A stretch of DNA of 64,000 nt, taken from the NCBI GenBank assembly GCA_965227775.1, contig OZ245777.1, forward strand, positions 1,440,001 through 1,504,000. The letters are read 5' to 3'. Origin of the DNA: Phycisphaerales bacterium (GTDB lineage: Bacteria; Planctomycetota; Phycisphaerae; Phycisphaerales; UBA1924). The translations under genes were made by a program, and so were the position numbers. This document shows, one piece after another, positions 62,378-64,000 of this stretch; within the stretch, counting starts at the first letter, position 1; every line of letters begins with the position of its first letter. Below the pieces are notes generated by a model. It was not told the origin of the DNA. It ran no database searches and saw nothing but the letters and a program-made list of their open reading frames with translations.

Positions 62378-64000
62378 TTAGCGATCCGGGCGGGGTGCTA
62401 CGCGGTGCATGCCGGGCGCCACGCTCTCGAGCACTGTGGTTGAGCCGGCCTCGTCGGGCCACGTGATCTCGATCCGGCTTGCTCCCTCTGGGCCCGCAGG
62501 AAAGTGCAGCGCGAGCGTTCCTTGTTTGCCCTGATGGCCCCCGGCGCCGACCACTTGGGCGACCAGCGTGCGCGGTCGTCCATCGATCATGGTTGTGGCG
62601 CGTACCACCGCCCCGATGGCATCACAGTTGGCGATTCCCTCACCAGAGAGCCGCAACACGACCGCGGTGCGTCCGAGCGTATCGGCAGCCCGATTCTCGA
62701 ACAGGCGCACCCGCGGTGTCCGCCCCGCGCGCAGAGCCGCGCCTAGGCGGTTAAACCCCTGCCCAACGGCGATGTCCAGATCGCCGTCACCATCGAAGTC
62801 GAGCAGGGCCGGCTGGCCCGCGCCGATGTGGTCGATCCCAACCCAACTGGTGATGTCGACGAGCGAGCCGTCGGTCTGCTGCCGCCAGATGCGCAACCGC
62901 TGGTTGTCGGGGTAGTCGCTCGAGCATACGAGCACGTCGAGGCGGCCGTCCAGGTCAAAGTCGGCGAGTGCACCGTAGATATCGCCCTGGTTCCAACTCC
63001 GGATGGAAGGGTCCTGCGGCGCTCGATCGAGCGATATCGAGTCTTGCGTGACGAACATGGGCCCGGCGAAACCATCGCGACGCAGTAGCACCCGCGAAGG
63101 GTCGCTGCTCTCGCCGGCCCAGCCGTGCGTGATCTCAGTCAGGAGCACGTCGAACGCGCCATCCCCATCGATGTCACCGATGGCCGCATCAAACGTATTG
63201 CCATTCGCGCGAAACGGAGGCTCGTCGTCGCGTGCGAAGCGCGGGTCAGTCTTTGCGCGCTCCTTGAGCCACTCCGGATGCCGCCCGTGGCGGATGGCGT
63301 CGCCGTCGAGCTTCGTCTCAATGGCATTGTCTGACCACGCTCCATCGTCCCCGCGCACCCACAGGCGATTCCATCGCCTTCCATAATTGAGCTCGAGGAC
63401 TTGTGGCCAGTTGCCCGCGGCTCCGTCTCCCAGCACGTGCGCCACCAAGACCCCGTACGTCGGCCGCCCGCCCGCGTCGGCTTCTGTGTCAAACCCGACC
63501 CCATCCACAGGCAGGGCCATCCGGGCAAACGAGCCGTTCTCCTGCTGAAGGAGAACGTCGTTCGCAAACCCCTCAAAGCCCGCACCATACTTTGTGTACC
63601 ACTGGCCCAGCACCAGGTCGAGCCTGCCGTCGAGGTTCACGTCGCCTACCGCGACCGACGCCGTGGTGCCCGCAGTCGCCGCCTCGATCTCGGTGAACGA
63701 GCCGCGCGGCGTTCCGAAGGTGCCATCGCCGTTGCCCCGCAGCCAGGCCAGCTTCTGGGGCGTGCCGGGCTCCGGCGGCGCATAGTCGTCGTTGTTGACG
63801 TCGAGCGAACGAGCCACGATCGCGTCGCTCGTGCCGTCGTTGTCGAGGTCGGCGAACACCACCACATCGCCCCGGCGGTGGGGGGGAAGCCCGGCACGTT
63901 CGAGTTCTTCGAATACCCGTGAGCCATCTTCGGCTGCTCGATTCATGAACACTCTCGTGCGTCCGATGATGAGATCATCGAAGCCGTCACCGTCCAGGTC
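62378..64000 (-). CDS. FG-GAP/VCBS-repeat protein with C-terminal ASPIC/UnbV-like domain (CRTAC1-like), 5' end outside window
   Basis: Repeated DLDGDGFDD, DLDNDGTSD, GDVNLDGRLD, GDIDGDGAFD, DFDLDGRLD and DFDGDGDLD. C-terminal DAIGAVV...GGHQG...LHF...IEITWPD. The frame stays open to 64000. Confidence 0.88.
   Translation of the reverse strand, partial: DLDGDGFDDLIIGRTRVFMNRAAEDGSRVFEELERAGLPPHRRGDVVVFADLDNDGTSDAIVARSLDVNNDDYAPPEPGTPQKLAWLRGNGDGTFGTPRGSFTEIEAATAGTTASVAVGDVNLDGRLDLVLGQWYTKYGAGFEGFANDVLLQQENGSFARMALPVDGVGFDTEADAGGRPTYGVLVAHVLGDGAAGNWPQVLELNYGRRWNRLWVRGDDGAWSDNAIETKLDGDAIRHGRHPEWLKERAKTDPRFARDDEPPFRANGNTFDAAIGDIDGDGAFDVLLTEITHGWAGESSDPSRVLLRRDGFAGPMFVTQDSISLDRAPQDPSIRSWNQGDIYGALADFDLDGRLDVLVCSSDYPDNQRLRIWRQQTDGSLVDITSWVGIDHIGAGQPALLDFDGDGDLDIAVGQGFNRLGAALRAGRTPRVRLFENRAADTLGRTAVVLRLSGEGIANCDAIGAVVRATTMIDGRPRTLVAQVVGAGGHQGKQGTLALHFPAGPEGASRIEITWPDEAGSTTVLESVAPGMHRVAPRPDR

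Overview
GC-rich bacterial chromosomal window, most likely from a Phycisphaerales-type planctomycete. That placement is inferred from a LEPRxLL giant protein, CxxCGY...CPECG membrane paralogues and the prepilin leaders. Gene order: partial secreted protein, carB, AraC regulator, tandem-domain PTPS, lipoprotein glutathione-peroxidase homologue, two paralogous Zn-ribbon membrane proteins, a type II secretion-like operon (gspF-G-H-I-J-K, L/PilMN-like, M/C-like, gspD, lipoprotein), pstSCAB, sucAB, pgsA-pgpA, nuoJKLMN, a membrane protein, a 3222-aa LEPRxLL surface protein and a partial FG-GAP/ASPIC protein. The standout is the secretin, a 4620-aa GspD in which I count about 50 tandem N1/N2/N3-type (Secretin_N) domains between a normal N0 domain and a normal secretin core; canonical GspD has 3. 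This suggests a giant trans-periplasmic conduit. Its operon has no ATPase or prepilin peptidase and includes a pseudopilin with a 15x pentapeptide tail. I recognised no rRNA, tRNA, CRISPR or mobile element. All calls come from reading the sequence by eye; no database searches were run.
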